Of a stretch of 35,567 nucleotides of DNA, positions 1-9,993 are shown piece after piece; the first letter of the stretch is position 1; every line of letters begins with the position of its first letter. This stretch comes from an uncultured virus (IMG/VR IMGVR_UViG_3300013902_000010). Taxonomy: Duplodnaviria; Heunggongvirae; Uroviricota; Caudoviricetes. The notes beneath the pieces are model-generated. The model searched no databases and had not been told where the DNA came from. It saw nothing but the letters and a program-made list of their open reading frames with translations. A program made the translations under genes and the position numbers. The stretch lies in IMG/VR virus record IMGVR_UViG_3300013902_000010, positions 62,001-97,567 of that record; one strand, 5' to 3'.

Positions 1-646
1 GCTGCTGCGCCTGGCGTTTGGCATCTGTTTCTGCACGAATACCTGCGTTACGTCGCTCCTGCTCGGCTTGCAACTGCTGCATCAGTTGCAATTCGTTTTT
101 GTATTCCGAAGTGCCGCGTCTCGTAACATCTATCTTTTCTTGCTGCTGACGAATAGCCTTAGAAAGCCACTGGTTACTCTGATTGCTAAGGTCGGCCAAG
201 CCTTCACGTATCTTGACATACTGCCCCTTTAAGATACGCACTTGGTCGCCCACAGTACGCATCATCTCACGTAAAGCATTAGCCTGTCCTAATTCTGCCT
301 CACTCAATCCCTCAATCTGACGTTTGCCATCACCAAGAGCCTTGCGAAGGTTCTTGAGCGAAGTGTTGGCAAGATTATTGACCGCCGTTTGCAGACGCTC
401 GCTTGCCTCGATGTCCTTCACCTGTGCAGTGGAAAGGAGGTCATACTGGGTCTTGCACTCCTTCAGATGGGTAAGAAGAGCCTTGTAGGGTTCGGTGTTC
501 TTCGGACCCTCCCAATTCTTTATCTTATCTTGCGTGGCTTCCATCTCATCCTTGATCTTGGCAGCGGCATCGTGCAAGTTGTTGAGCACCTGCATCGGCT
601 GCTTACCATTCAGGGTGATTATCGCCTCGGTTTTTTGTGTTGCCAT
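1..646 (-). CDS. N-terminus of a long coiled-coil protein, probably the tail tape measure protein (runs off the window)
   Basis: ATG at 646 (MATQKTEAIITLNGKQ...) with an open frame to position 1. Helical and rich in Ala/Gln/Glu/Lys. Lies downstream of holin and putative tail genes. Absent from the ORF track because it is truncated. Confidence 0.6.
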   Translation of the reverse strand, partial: MATQKTEAIITLNGKQPMQVLNNLHDAAAKIKDEMEATQDKIKNWEGPKNTEPYKALLTHLKECKTQYDLLSTAQVKDIEASERLQTAVNNLANTSLKNLRKALGDGKRQIEGLSEAELGQANALREMMRTVGDQVRILKGQYVKIREGLADLSNQSNQWLSKAIRQQQEKIDVTRRGTSEYKNELQLMQQLQAEQERRNAGIRAETDAKRQAQQ

Positions 647-730
647 TTCTGTTAATGTTTAATGTTTAGTGTTTTGTGTTTTTGTTGCGCAATCGCTTGT
701 TGGAGATGAGTGAGCGATGGGAAATGGAAA

Positions 731-1285
731 CTACTCGGTAGATGTTTCCAGTGCATTCATTATCTGCAACAAGCCTTGGTAGCCGTAGTAATCGGCAAGA
801 TGATTCTCGTATCGCTGCTTTAGTCGGCGCACCGTTCGCATGATGGCAGGACGATGAGACTTACCCGCCCTACGATTCCACTTGCTGATATATCGGCTAT
901 TGAACTTGGCTCGTTTCGAGCGGTCCACCTTGTCGGCTGTGATATGAGCGGCTGGGTCTTTTGGATCTCCCGTTAAACCTACACCAATATCCACATATCG
1001 CAGATAGTCATTGTAGCGAATACCTACCATCAGCTCGCCCGATTCTTCGTCTGCCTGATATATGTGTCCCTCGAAAGATTTCGCTCCCTCACCAGTAGAA
1101 TACCACATACCATGATCCTTGCGATATTGATTGATTTTCTCGTAGCCTGGATAGACTTCAACCGGATAAACCTTTTGGGTCATTAACGCTACCTCAATAT
1201 CCATGATGGCTTGTTTTAGATACAAGCCTGCCACTTGCCTTAGCGGAGCAAAGGGTGATTTGATAGGAGTTGTTCTGATAGGCAT
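731..1285 (-). CDS. Phage protein, possibly neck/tail-completion
   Basis: Basic 184 aa ORF packed tightly between the 216 aa ORF and the putative tape measure gene. Function inferred from position only. Confidence 0.4.
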   Translation of the reverse strand: MPIRTTPIKSPFAPLRQVAGLYLKQAIMDIEVALMTQKVYPVEVYPGYEKINQYRKDHGMWYSTGEGAKSFEGHIYQADEESGELMVGIRYNDYLRYVDIGVGLTGDPKDPAAHITADKVDRSKRAKFNSRYISKWNRRAGKSHRPAIMRTVRRLKQRYENHLADYYGYQGLLQIMNALETSTE

Positions 1286-1288
1286 GGC

Positions 1289-1939
1289 TTATCCCTCCTT
1301 TCCGCTTTCGGTTGTCGCTCCATCACCCGATGAAGGGTTGTCGGTATCGTCTTTTTCGGATGGTGCAGGAATATTATACTTCTGTTCCTTCTCGCACTGA
1401 AAACTATAGAGCGGACGAATGGTCTGCCAATAGCAATCTGCCAATAGCCATGACGGGCCACGGAAGAGTGGATTTACACCGTAGGCAAAACTCTCGATGT
1501 CGATGGCGGATAGCTCCATGCCCAACTTAGGTTCTTCCTGCTTGAAGTTTTCTCCCGTGATAGGACAGATACCTGTACGTCGCAACTGGGTAAGATAAGA
1601 GGCGAGGTCTTCGCAATATTCCATCAGGTCGTCGGATGCCTGCTGCAACTTGCTGCCATCGTATCTGCCCAAGGTGGTGGATGAATCTTTGAGTTTGGTA
1701 AGGAAACAAACTTGATAAGTTACCAAGGCTTGTTTATCTGATTTCAACTCGCCAGAGTTTACTACTCGATAGAGCATACAAGGAGAGTGAATGATGTTGG
1801 CATTGCGAGAGAAAATGTTTTCTTCGTCGATGTCACGTATCTTGAAGAAACTCTTCTCTTCCAGTTTCTTGCTCAATGGGTCGTGAGACAAGGGCTTGTA
1901 GATTTCTGCCCAGTGCTCCAAAACGTCTGATATTGTCAT
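1289..1939 (-). CDS. Phage protein, possibly tail terminator-like
   Basis: 216 aa ORF in the leftward late operon. Function inferred from position only. Confidence 0.4.
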   Translation of the reverse strand: MTISDVLEHWAEIYKPLSHDPLSKKLEEKSFFKIRDIDEENIFSRNANIIHSPCMLYRVVNSGELKSDKQALVTYQVCFLTKLKDSSTTLGRYDGSKLQQASDDLMEYCEDLASYLTQLRRTGICPITGENFKQEEPKLGMELSAIDIESFAYGVNPLFRGPSWLLADCYWQTIRPLYSFQCEKEQKYNIPAPSEKDDTDNPSSGDGATTESGKEG

Positions 1940-1985
1940 AATTCAATGGATTATTAACACATTATTAACTTATTCCGTACCGAAA

Positions 1986-2669
1986 TTAAGGGTTGTTGGT
2001 ATCTCCCGATTTATCTGCATCATCTTCATCTTCATTTGATGCAGATAAATCGGGAGATGGTGCAGAATCGTTGTCGGGCGATGGGGATTTCCTGTCAGAA
2101 GAAACATTGCTTCTTTCGTTCTCCTCTATCTCGGAATTGCTTTTATGCCCGTAAGGGTCTTTGCCTTTGATTTCCTCTTCCTCTTCTATCAAGTCTTTCA
2201 TCTTGACATTGAAATGCCGTTCCGTCTTATCAGCCACAATCTTCTGCATCACTTTTGCCCAGGCTGCACCATTGCAGGTACTCTCGTTTTCGAGAACGCT
2301 GATAAACTGGACGCTGCAATAGATGGCAGCGAGATAGTTGGCGAGGTGAAGAGGATTCATGTAGTCGAGTATCACGGTATCGATGAGTGTGGCAAGGAAT
2401 ATCGCCATGATGAGCACCGAGAAATCTTGCACCATCTTTGCCATCTTCTTCGATTTCAGCTTGCCATCTATCTTACATCGAGGGTCTTTCTTGATGGCTT
2501 CTCGATAGCGGCTGTAGATGCGTCGGTTCAATCGCCAGGCTGTATAGCAATCCAGGAGGAGAGCGAAGGCGCATACGGCGATGTAATTGATGGAAGGTTC
2601 GATGTAGCACCAGATAATGCCGATGATGGCTGCCAGGAACCTTGTGACATAAGGAATGATAGTTTGCAT
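1986..2669 (-). CDS. Phage holin family protein
   Basis: Three to four hydrophobic segments, an LLLDCYTAW motif, an SVLEN motif after the last TM segment and a charged C-terminal tail, as in Bacteroidota phage holins. Confidence 0.7.
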   Translation of the reverse strand: MQTIIPYVTRFLAAIIGIIWCYIEPSINYIAVCAFALLLDCYTAWRLNRRIYSRYREAIKKDPRCKIDGKLKSKKMAKMVQDFSVLIMAIFLATLIDTVILDYMNPLHLANYLAAIYCSVQFISVLENESTCNGAAWAKVMQKIVADKTERHFNVKMKDLIEEEEEIKGKDPYGHKSNSEIEENERSNVSSDRKSPSPDNDSAPSPDLSASNEDEDDADKSGDTNNP

Positions 2670-2753
2670 TGTCTTTTCTTTGTTATATAATAAATGTATG
2701 TTATCCTGAGTCTCAGTTTCTCGTTTTGCGATGATGAAACCAAAAATCTAAGG

Positions 2754-2790
2754 CAAAGGTAATGGTTTTGTTCTGATTGGTGGGGACAAA
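2754..2790 (-). promoter_or_regulatory. Phage-type promoter TTTGTCCCCACC...TACCTTTG driving holin/tail genes
   Basis: Bacteroidota -7 box TAnnTTTG lies exactly 25 nt after the TTTG of a TTTGTCC motif. The same geometry occurs at four sites. Confidence 0.7.
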
Positions 2791-2800
2791 GACCATTAGC

Positions 2801-2837
2801 TTTGTCCCTACCGTTTATGGGGAATTTTATAATTTTG
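2801..2837 (+). promoter_or_regulatory. Phage-type promoter TTTGTCCCTACC...TAATTTTG driving the PAPS-reductase/terminase operon
   Basis: Back-to-back partner of 2754-2790 with the same 25-nt spacer. Confidence 0.7.
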
Positions 2838-2881
2838 TAGGCGAAGTAATAAACATTGTTGAACTAATAATATAAAAAGGT

Positions 2882-4100
2882 ATGCAAACAAACGTAACCT
2901 TGGAGGAAGCCTTGCAGCGTGCCTCCCGACCTTTGCAGAAAAAGATAATGCATTCCGTGGAGTTGTTGAGGAAAGCGGAAAAGATTGCGCTTTCCTACGA
3001 TAAGACGGATGGCTTCTATCTCACTTTCAGCGGAGGCAAGGATAGCCAGGCTCTTCTACATATAGCGCAAATTGGGGGGGTGAAATTCAAACCTCACATG
3101 AGCCTCACGAGCGTGGACCCACCCGAAGTTATTCGTTTCGTGAAGCGAAATTACCCCGAAGTGGAATTGATAAAGCCAAAGGATTCTATCTATAATATCG
3201 CCATTAAGCGCAAGATTCTCCCTACGATGAGAGTAAGATGGTGTTGTGCGGAATACAAGGAGAATGCCGGTGCAGGAAAAGTTACTTTGATAGGCATTCG
3301 TCATGCAGAGAGTTCTCGTAGAGCCAAACGCAACGAAGTAGAGATTTCTTCCCGAAAGTTTAGTGGCTCGCTCGAAGAATTGGAAGAGTACCGACATGAA
3401 CAACGAGTAAAACGTGCCAAGAAAAAATCGCAAAAGGATGGCATCAATATCATGAATGCCGACCAAGAGCAAACATTGGGCTGCATCCATGGAAAAGAAT
3501 CCCTGCTTATCTCTCCTATCATCCATTGGACGGAGAAAGATGTTTGGGAGTTTCTGAACGGCGTAGTGCAAGTGCCGCATTGCGAACTATACGATGAGGG
3601 CTGGCATCGTATCGGCTGCATCGGTTGCCCGATGTCAAACAAGAAACATCATTTGATGGAAGAGAAACGTTGGCCTCACGTAAAGCGCAACTGGATTAAG
3701 GCTATCAAAGCCATCAGAAATGGGGGGGTATTCAAAGGAGAATATATTTGGTGGAATATCCAAGCGAACCCAAGAATGTGGGGGGGTGGTCGGAAGTCCA
3801 AACCCAAGGTACGTTATCAACAGAGAATGGTTACAACGACCAGAACAATGGCTACGAGTTCCGAGCCAACAACCAAGGCTTCTACATCAACGACAAGGTT
3901 ATGCAAGCCTTTCGACCATTTTCGGGTTTTCTGAAAGCTCCTCGCCTGACCGCTTGACTGAGGAGCAAGAAAATGAAATAGCGGAAAACATCTATGATTG
4001 GTGGATTTCGGGCATCGGCTACCGAGAATGGTATGCCAAGAAGTTCCTTCAACAAAAGATAGATTTCGATTTCTCGGAAGAGAAAGAGGACGATACATAA
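2882..4100 (+). CDS. PAPS reductase-family (CysH/DndC-like) protein; C-terminus out of frame across G7 tracts
   Basis: SGGKDS PP-loop, RWCC and RIGCIGCP motifs in ORF 2882-3934. The plausible natural C-terminus (ENIYDWWISG...QQKIDF) is in ORF 3720-4100. G7 runs at 3074-3080 (in frame), 3722-3728 and 3780-3786. Confidence 0.8.
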
Positions 4101-4133
4101 CATACACAAACACTATAAGACAATGATACAAAC

Positions 4134-4922
4134 ATGAGTCAACTGACACAAAACACCCTTGCCCGCATCGACAAGTGGCTATCCAATGGGGTAAGCCTGG
4201 AAACGATGTTCCCCAAGCTGGAGCAACGCTACCGGATGCAGCTCTGCAAGGAGTTTTATACCCGATGGGTGCAAAACAAGGACATAGACCCTCGCACCAC
4301 CTGCCGCAACATCGCACGACGTGACTACGAGATGCTCTTGAACCAAGCAGGACAGGGCAACCAGGAGGCACAGGCGATGGTGATGGCTCTGCATATCGAC
4401 ATCGACGAGAATGGCGACATTAAGCCTCGCACCATCACCGAACTCAACAATGATGTGGCTGTCTGCAACCACATCATTCGCTTCTTCACTACCGACGAGA
4501 GTCCCCGACACAAGCAGATGTATATCTCTTCCGCCGAATGGCTCATTCGTACGGGCAAGATGCAGAACAACGACCGCTCCGTTTCCAAGGGTATGGATGC
4601 CTTGGCGAATATCTACGGTAACTTCCAGGAGGAGAAGGATGCCACCGAGGAGATGCCGGACATGAGCCGCATTGCCATTACGCAAGACGTGAGCATCGTG
4701 AAGCACGACCGCGTGAACTATACCGATGAGTACAAGCGCAAGATGGCTCGCAAGTATGGTCTTACGCAAAAGGATATGCAGGAGATAGCCGAGGAAGAGA
4801 ACCTTCATTCCGTAGGCGATGGCAAGGTGCCAGACTATATGGAGTATATGGAGGAGATGATGGACGATAAGGAGAAAGGAGGTAATGGCGATGAGGAGCA
4901 AAAAGAGCAACCATTACCATAA
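4134..4922 (+). CDS. Phage protein, candidate terminase small subunit
   Basis: Helical 262 aa ORF upstream of TerL in the same operon. Positional inference. Confidence 0.4.
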   Translation: MSQLTQNTLARIDKWLSNGVSLETMFPKLEQRYRMQLCKEFYTRWVQNKDIDPRTTCRNIARRDYEMLLNQAGQGNQEAQAMVMALHIDIDENGDIKPRTITELNNDVAVCNHIIRFFTTDESPRHKQMYISSAEWLIRTGKMQNNDRSVSKGMDALANIYGNFQEEKDATEEMPDMSRIAITQDVSIVKHDRVNYTDEYKRKMARKYGLTQKDMQEIAEEENLHSVGDGKVPDYMEYMEEMMDDKEKGGNGDEEQKEQPLP

Positions 4923-5139
4923 TAAGGTGCCGCCGTTCCGTCCCGATCCTGAGCACTGGACTCGAAAGGGACCGCATGGGTGGAAGGCGAAGGTGGCTTA
5001 TGAGACGGAGGACGATGCCTGCGAATACTTGCAGTTGCACCCTAAGATTGTGGCGCAAGGGTATCGGGCGTACCAGTGCAAGGTTTGCCAGAAATGGCAC
5101 ATCGGGCACGAAAATACATTAACATTTAAAGACAGATGA
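4885..5139 (+). CDS. Small basic protein with a CxxC...H motif
   Basis: AYQCKVCQKWHIGH; overlaps both neighbours. Confidence 0.55.
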   Translation: MAMRSKKSNHYHNKVPPFRPDPEHWTRKGPHGWKAKVAYETEDDACEYLQLHPKIVAQGYRAYQCKVCQKWHIGHENTLTFKDR

Positions 5140-5803
5140 TAGAACTGAATAAAGTATATAATGAGGATTGCTTGGAGGGCATGAAGCGAATACCCGATGC
5201 AAGTGTGTCGCTCGTACTTACGGATATTCCTTATAACGAATGTAATCGCCCAGATAATGGATTGCGTAGTTTAAATAAAGAATATGCGGATGTAGGTTTG
5301 TTTAATCTAAAAGAATTAACATCTACCCTTTGCAGAAAAACAAAAGGTAGCATTTATATGTTCTGTGGTATTAATCAACTTTCTACTATTCGTTCCGTGA
5401 TGCAAGAGTATAAGCTTAGCACGAGGGTTATAGTTTGGGAAAAGACAAACCCTTCACCGATGAATGGCAATAAAATTTGGTTAAGCGGTGTAGAGCTGTG
5501 CGTATATGGCAAGAAAACGGGGGGGTGTTTAACCTTCATTGTAAGAATACCGTGTTACGTTATCCTTGCGGACATAGCAATATACACCCCACACAAAAGC
5601 CCACTAAACTGTTTCGTAAGCTGATTCTTGCAAGCACTAATGAAAACGATACGGTTTTAGACCCATTTTTGGGCAGCGGCACTACTGCCATCGCTTGCAT
5701 CAAGGAGAAGCGCAACTTCATCGGGTTTGAACTAAACAAGGAGTATTACGACAAGGCTTGCAAGCGCATCGAATTGGAGATGATGCAGCCTACCCTATTC
5801 TAA
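5136..5803 (+). pseudogene. Beta-class N4-C/N6-A DNA methyltransferase, frameshifted at G7 (likely phase-OFF)
   Basis: LTDIPY catalytic motif in ORF 5136-5624; HPTQKP and DPFLGSGTT in ORF 5477-5803. Adding one G to the run at 5519-5525 joins them into a 222 aa protein. Confidence 0.85.
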
Positions 5804-5824
5804 AGATTTCAAAACATTAAGATT

Positions 5825-6148
5825 ATGGCTAAAATTATTTATTTCGGAACGAACGGAGGTTCGGGTCATGCCCCAATAGGTATGGATAAGACTTTGACAC
5901 CAGAGGAGTATTCTATATGGTATGAATGCGATAACGAGATGTGGATTCATAACATTCAAAAGAATCCAGGTCGCCATCTCATCACACATCATGGAGTGGT
6001 TTACACTAACTACGGGGTACCTTTTTCTGTTGATGAAAAGCGATGCATGGACCATACTGAACTATTCTGGGAAGGCAAACATACTGAAGAGGAAATCGTC
6101 AACCTCATAAAAGGCGATAAGTTTCTGAAACGACAATTCAATATGTAA
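5825..6148 (+). CDS. Hypothetical protein
   Basis: 107 aa ORF with an AT-rich leader, within the operon. Confidence 0.6.
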   Translation: MAKIIYFGTNGGSGHAPIGMDKTLTPEEYSIWYECDNEMWIHNIQKNPGRHLITHHGVVYTNYGVPFSVDEKRCMDHTELFWEGKHTEEEIVNLIKGDKFLKRQFNM

Positions 6149-6153
6149 GGACT

Positions 6154-6420
6154 ATGATTGTAATTAGGATTAAAACTTGGAAAGACTGGAAGAAAGATTT
6201 CCTTGACTGGGTAAAGGAACCACGTAAGGCGATTAGTGAATCTTACGTAAATTATATGAATGCTGTTGCACAAACTACCATAGAAAAGCGATTCAAGAAT
6301 ATCCAAAAGGATTTGGGCGTATCGGATGATGTTCTTCAAACCATCATCGACACGGCTCAAATCGCCGTTAGCGACGCAGAGACAGCTGCCCATAAATTGA
6401 TAAATGGGGATTTCGATTAG
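6154..6420 (+). CDS. Hypothetical protein
   Basis: 88 aa ORF starting 5 nt after the previous stop. Confidence 0.6.
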   Translation: MIVIRIKTWKDWKKDFLDWVKEPRKAISESYVNYMNAVAQTTIEKRFKNIQKDLGVSDDVLQTIIDTAQIAVSDAETAAHKLINGDFD

Positions 6421-6479
6421 CTTTCTCAAAAGGATTTGTATTCAGGATAACACTTAACATTTAACATTGCAAGACTCAA

Positions 6480-8480
6480 ATGCTACAACCACATCAAATA
6501 TATCTCAACAAGTTCCAGCAGCAGTCGCTCTACATGGCTGCCAAGGACGAGCGAGTTATCGCTGCCCGCCGTCTGGGTAAGACCGACGGATTGGTGGCTC
6601 CCTACGTTTGGATGGCATCCAACTCGATGCCTGGTATGTTGGGAGCCTGGGTAGCCGTATCTCGCCAACAGGGTTTCGGCAAGACCATCCCTGGTACCAT
6701 GTCGGCGATGGAGCGAATGTTTGGCTTCACCCAAGGCGTTCACTTCGGCTGGGGGCGACCACCCAAACACGTTAAGGAAAGTATCTTCAAGCCGAAGAGC
6801 TACGACAATATCATCTGGTTTGCCAATGGCGCACAATGGGTGCTGATTTCCCTCTCGCAGACTGCTTCCGCCAACTCTTATACTTTCTCGGCGATGGTAG
6901 GCGACGAGGCGCGATTCTTCCCTTATAAGAAAGTAACCGATGAATTGATGCCTGCCCTATCCGGTCAGACTCACCCCTTGGGCAACATCGCATTCACCGA
7001 TTACAATCCGCTCTACAAATCCACCCGATTCCTCAGCGATGCCTCGCTCACCACCAAGGGCAGTTGGCTGGAACGAGAGGAAGAGAAGCTTGACCTTATG
7101 GTGGAGACGGGTATGTTCAAAGGCAAGACTTACCGATGGGTGCAGGAGCAACTGGAGGAGTATGCCGACAAGATTATCTTTTACAACGACCTATTTTACA
7201 ATGCCAAGAAGACTGGGCACACGCCTCGTGTGGTGCAACCGGAGCAAAGGCAGATATATCGTGCCGTGGCTCTCAAGATGATTCGCCATGAGGGACAGTT
7301 TAAGATTCTGCCGAACCATGGTGATAAGCTTACCAAGAATATGGTGGATATGGCGGTAAATTACAAGCTCGTCTCTGCCGAGGATGCGGAGTGCATCTTC
7401 GATTACGAGTATCTAATGACTCCCGACCAATACTTTGAGATGCAGATGTTCGACCGTTCCAAGAAGTTCCACGATGGATATTTGAGGGAGCTACGCCGTG
7501 TCGCCTTCCTGGTTCGCCGTGCCTCTACCCTCGATAATGTGGACGTTTTGGGTGAGAGTTACATCCGCCAAATGAAAAGAGATTTGCCTGCGGCGACCTT
7601 CGCTATTTCAATTCTGAACGTGAAAATCAAGAAGTCGAACGATGGCTTTTATTCCAACCTCGACATCGAGCACGTACATGGTTACATACCCGACGAGATA
7701 GACCCTCTATCCAATGCCAACTTCAAGACCACCAAGGCTACGGGCATCATCGACGGCAAGAAAGTAACCGCCGAAAGTTATCAGCCCGACTTCCAGGAGT
7801 TGGCTGAAAGAAACGATTGCCGCATGGATGCCGACTGCATCATGGACTTGCCTCTCTACATAGCCCTCGATTACAATGCCAATATCAATACGCTCGTGGT
7901 AGGGGAAGTATATGAGCGAGACGGCGTGCAGGCAGTGAATGTTATCAAGAGTTTTTATGTGAAGAATGAGCGAAAACTTCGGGAGCTGATTTCCGATTTC
8001 TCTCATTATTACGCACCAAAGCGAGCCATCAACCGAGACGTGACGTATTTCTACGATGCCACGGCAAAGCAGGGTGCCAGTTACGCCTTGACCGATGAGC
8101 GTTTCTACATGGCGGTAATAAAAGAGTTGGAGCGCAATGGTTGGAACGTGGTTGCGATAGATATGGGTGTGCCGGAGAAGCACGAGATTAAGCATCGCAT
8201 CATCAACGATGCCTTGGCTGGTATCGAATATCCTGCCATCCGTATCAATCAAACGCAAAATCCAGACCTCATCATCGCCCTCCAACTTTGCGAGGTGAGT
8301 ATCGGCTACCAGGGCTTCCGTAAGGATAAAAGTCAGGAGAAGAAAGCCGAGACGGAGGATAACTTGCCATTGCAGCAGAGAACGGATTTCACCGATGCCT
8401 TCGATAGCCTCTTCCTTGGCTGCAAGTATTGGCGAGGAAATATCGGTTGGTTTGTGTTGCCGGATGGAAGGAATGTGTAA
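6480..8480 (+). CDS. terL: Terminase large subunit
   Basis: N-terminal Q motif (LNKFQQ), Walker A AARRLGKT, Walker B MVGDEA, and RNase H-like nuclease acidic motifs IALDYN and TDFTDAFD. Confidence 0.8.
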   Translation: MLQPHQIYLNKFQQQSLYMAAKDERVIAARRLGKTDGLVAPYVWMASNSMPGMLGAWVAVSRQQGFGKTIPGTMSAMERMFGFTQGVHFGWGRPPKHVKESIFKPKSYDNIIWFANGAQWVLISLSQTASANSYTFSAMVGDEARFFPYKKVTDELMPALSGQTHPLGNIAFTDYNPLYKSTRFLSDASLTTKGSWLEREEEKLDLMVETGMFKGKTYRWVQEQLEEYADKIIFYNDLFYNAKKTGHTPRVVQPEQRQIYRAVALKMIRHEGQFKILPNHGDKLTKNMVDMAVNYKLVSAEDAECIFDYEYLMTPDQYFEMQMFDRSKKFHDGYLRELRRVAFLVRRASTLDNVDVLGESYIRQMKRDLPAATFAISILNVKIKKSNDGFYSNLDIEHVHGYIPDEIDPLSNANFKTTKATGIIDGKKVTAESYQPDFQELAERNDCRMDADCIMDLPLYIALDYNANINTLVVGEVYERDGVQAVNVIKSFYVKNERKLRELISDFSHYYAPKRAINRDVTYFYDATAKQGASYALTDERFYMAVIKELERNGWNVVAIDMGVPEKHEIKHRIINDALAGIEYPAIRINQTQNPDLIIALQLCEVSIGYQGFRKDKSQEKKAETEDNLPLQQRTDFTDAFDSLFLGCKYWRGNIGWFVLPDGRNV

Positions 8481-8502
8481 CTTTTTAAAAAGATAGAAAG
8501 AT

Positions 8503-9414
8503 ATGTATATTTCAATTTTAGATTACAGTAGTGGAACTGTCACAATTATCAACGACGAGGATAATGCGACTAAGAATTTGCAGAATGACGATATAGAAGC
8601 TATCCTATATGCCTTAGGATTTAAGGATTCCCAAATCAGCTATATGGTGACAGAGGATGATCCGATGGAAGACGCGTATGGCTACGTTACGCTAAACGAG
8701 TTGGCCGAGGATGCTGATGAAGACATCATAGAGTGGATAAACCGTCAAATCAATGTTTCTGCCGAGAGTGAAGAAACCGATGGGGATAACATTTCAAATA
8801 ACAATAATAATATGGATAACAAAAAAGATTGGGTAGGCGGGACTGCTTCCGTCTTTAAAACATTAGGCGCAAGTAATCATACCGATACCGACCGCCAGCG
8901 TGAAGACTATTATGCCACGGAGCCTGCGGCTACGGAGTGGCTATGCAAGATTGAGAAATTCGATGGTCCGATATTGGAGCCATCGTGCGGCGAGGGTCAT
9001 ATCAGTAAGGTCTTGCTGAAGAATGGCTACGAGGTAGAGAGTCGAGACTTGGTAGATAGAGGTTACGGCGATGGAGGCATAGACTTCTTGGCGATAGACA
9101 ACCTCTCGTGGAACGGCGATATTGTTACCAATCCGCCATACAAATATGCCAAAGAGTTTGTAGAGAAGTCTTTGGCGATTATTCCAGATGGGCATAAGGT
9201 AGCGATGTTTTTGAAGCTTACTTTCTTAGAGGGTAAGGGTAGAAGACATCTGTTTAACACTACCCCCCCCTCAAGGGTTTGGGTATCAAGCAGCCGCTTG
9301 AAATGTGCGCCTAATGGCGACTTCAACGCTTTGCAGGGTAGTGCAGCCGCTTACGCTTGGTTCGTATGGGAGAAAGGTTACAAGGGCGACACCATTGTGA
9401 AATGGTTCAACTGA
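8503..9414 (+). CDS. N6-adenine DNA methyltransferase with an acidic N-terminal extension
   Basis: DYYAT, ILEPSCGEG (SAM binding) and VTNPPY (catalytic) motifs. Possible internal start at 8812. In-frame C8 run at 9263-9270. Confidence 0.85.
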   Translation: MYISILDYSSGTVTIINDEDNATKNLQNDDIEAILYALGFKDSQISYMVTEDDPMEDAYGYVTLNELAEDADEDIIEWINRQINVSAESEETDGDNISNNNNNMDNKKDWVGGTASVFKTLGASNHTDTDRQREDYYATEPAATEWLCKIEKFDGPILEPSCGEGHISKVLLKNGYEVESRDLVDRGYGDGGIDFLAIDNLSWNGDIVTNPPYKYAKEFVEKSLAIIPDGHKVAMFLKLTFLEGKGRRHLFNTTPPSRVWVSSSRLKCAPNGDFNALQGSAAAYAWFVWEKGYKGDTIVKWFN

Positions 9415-9492
9415 TAGCCACCATTTTGCCGACGTTAGCAAAATGAAATTAGGCTATCATTTCCCATCATTGGGAAAATGATAGAGAAATGC

Positions 9493-9536
9493 GAAGGGCA
9501 GAACGTTATCACAACGTCCTGCCCTTCTTGTTTTTG
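9493..9536 (+). terminator. Intrinsic terminator between convergent operons
   Basis: GAAGGGCAG...CTGCCCTTC stem followed by TTGTTTTT. Two further hairpins precede it (9422-9445, 9454-9484). Confidence 0.7.
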
Positions 9537-9635
9537 ATAATTAACCTTTCAAACAATTAGAGATTTTTTCTCCGCCGAGAAAAACATACAGTACAAAATG
9601 AAGAATCATCTTTTTGCTTTCTTACTTATTATTCT

Positions 9636-9949
9636 CTACAACTCTACGAACACGCATAGCTGCTGCCCTTGGCTTGTAAGGGCATTGGCGAGCCTACCCC
9701 CCCGATTGTTCTACTTCGACGTATCGCCGACGTAGGATAGGCGAGGTCGCAAACGCCACCCACGGGACAATCGGTATAACCCTGTTCCGTGGCTTGGCGA
9801 ATGCGAAGGAAGGTATCGCCCGATGCGGCATCGCTCACCATCTGAAGGAATGGCAACGATGTGTCGTATATTCTATATAATGTACCATCTGGATAGAAGC
9901 CGTATCGCTTGCCATTCTTGATGATGGTACCTCGCTTGTATTGTGGCAT
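9636..9949 (-). pseudogene. Orphan C5-MTase target-recognition-like module, frameshifted at G7
   Basis: LRIRQATEQGY...CDLAYPTSAIRRSRTI followed by G7 (9697-9703). G8 gives GGGRLANALTSQGQQLCVFVEL*, 104 aa in total. Confidence 0.65.
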
Positions 9950-9993
9950 TGTCTTTTGCTCTTTTACTTTTTTACCTTTTTACCTTTTTACTC

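Noticed and set aside
9961..9993. Short intergenic tandem repeats (TTTTTACC-like x4 here; AATCCGTGT x3 near 20899-20924; TTTGAAGTTTTTTATG near 22917-22960; heptamers near 650, 6450 and 32040)
   Set aside because: Low-complexity repeats of a kind I recall as common in Prevotella-like intergenic DNA; no specific function can be supported.
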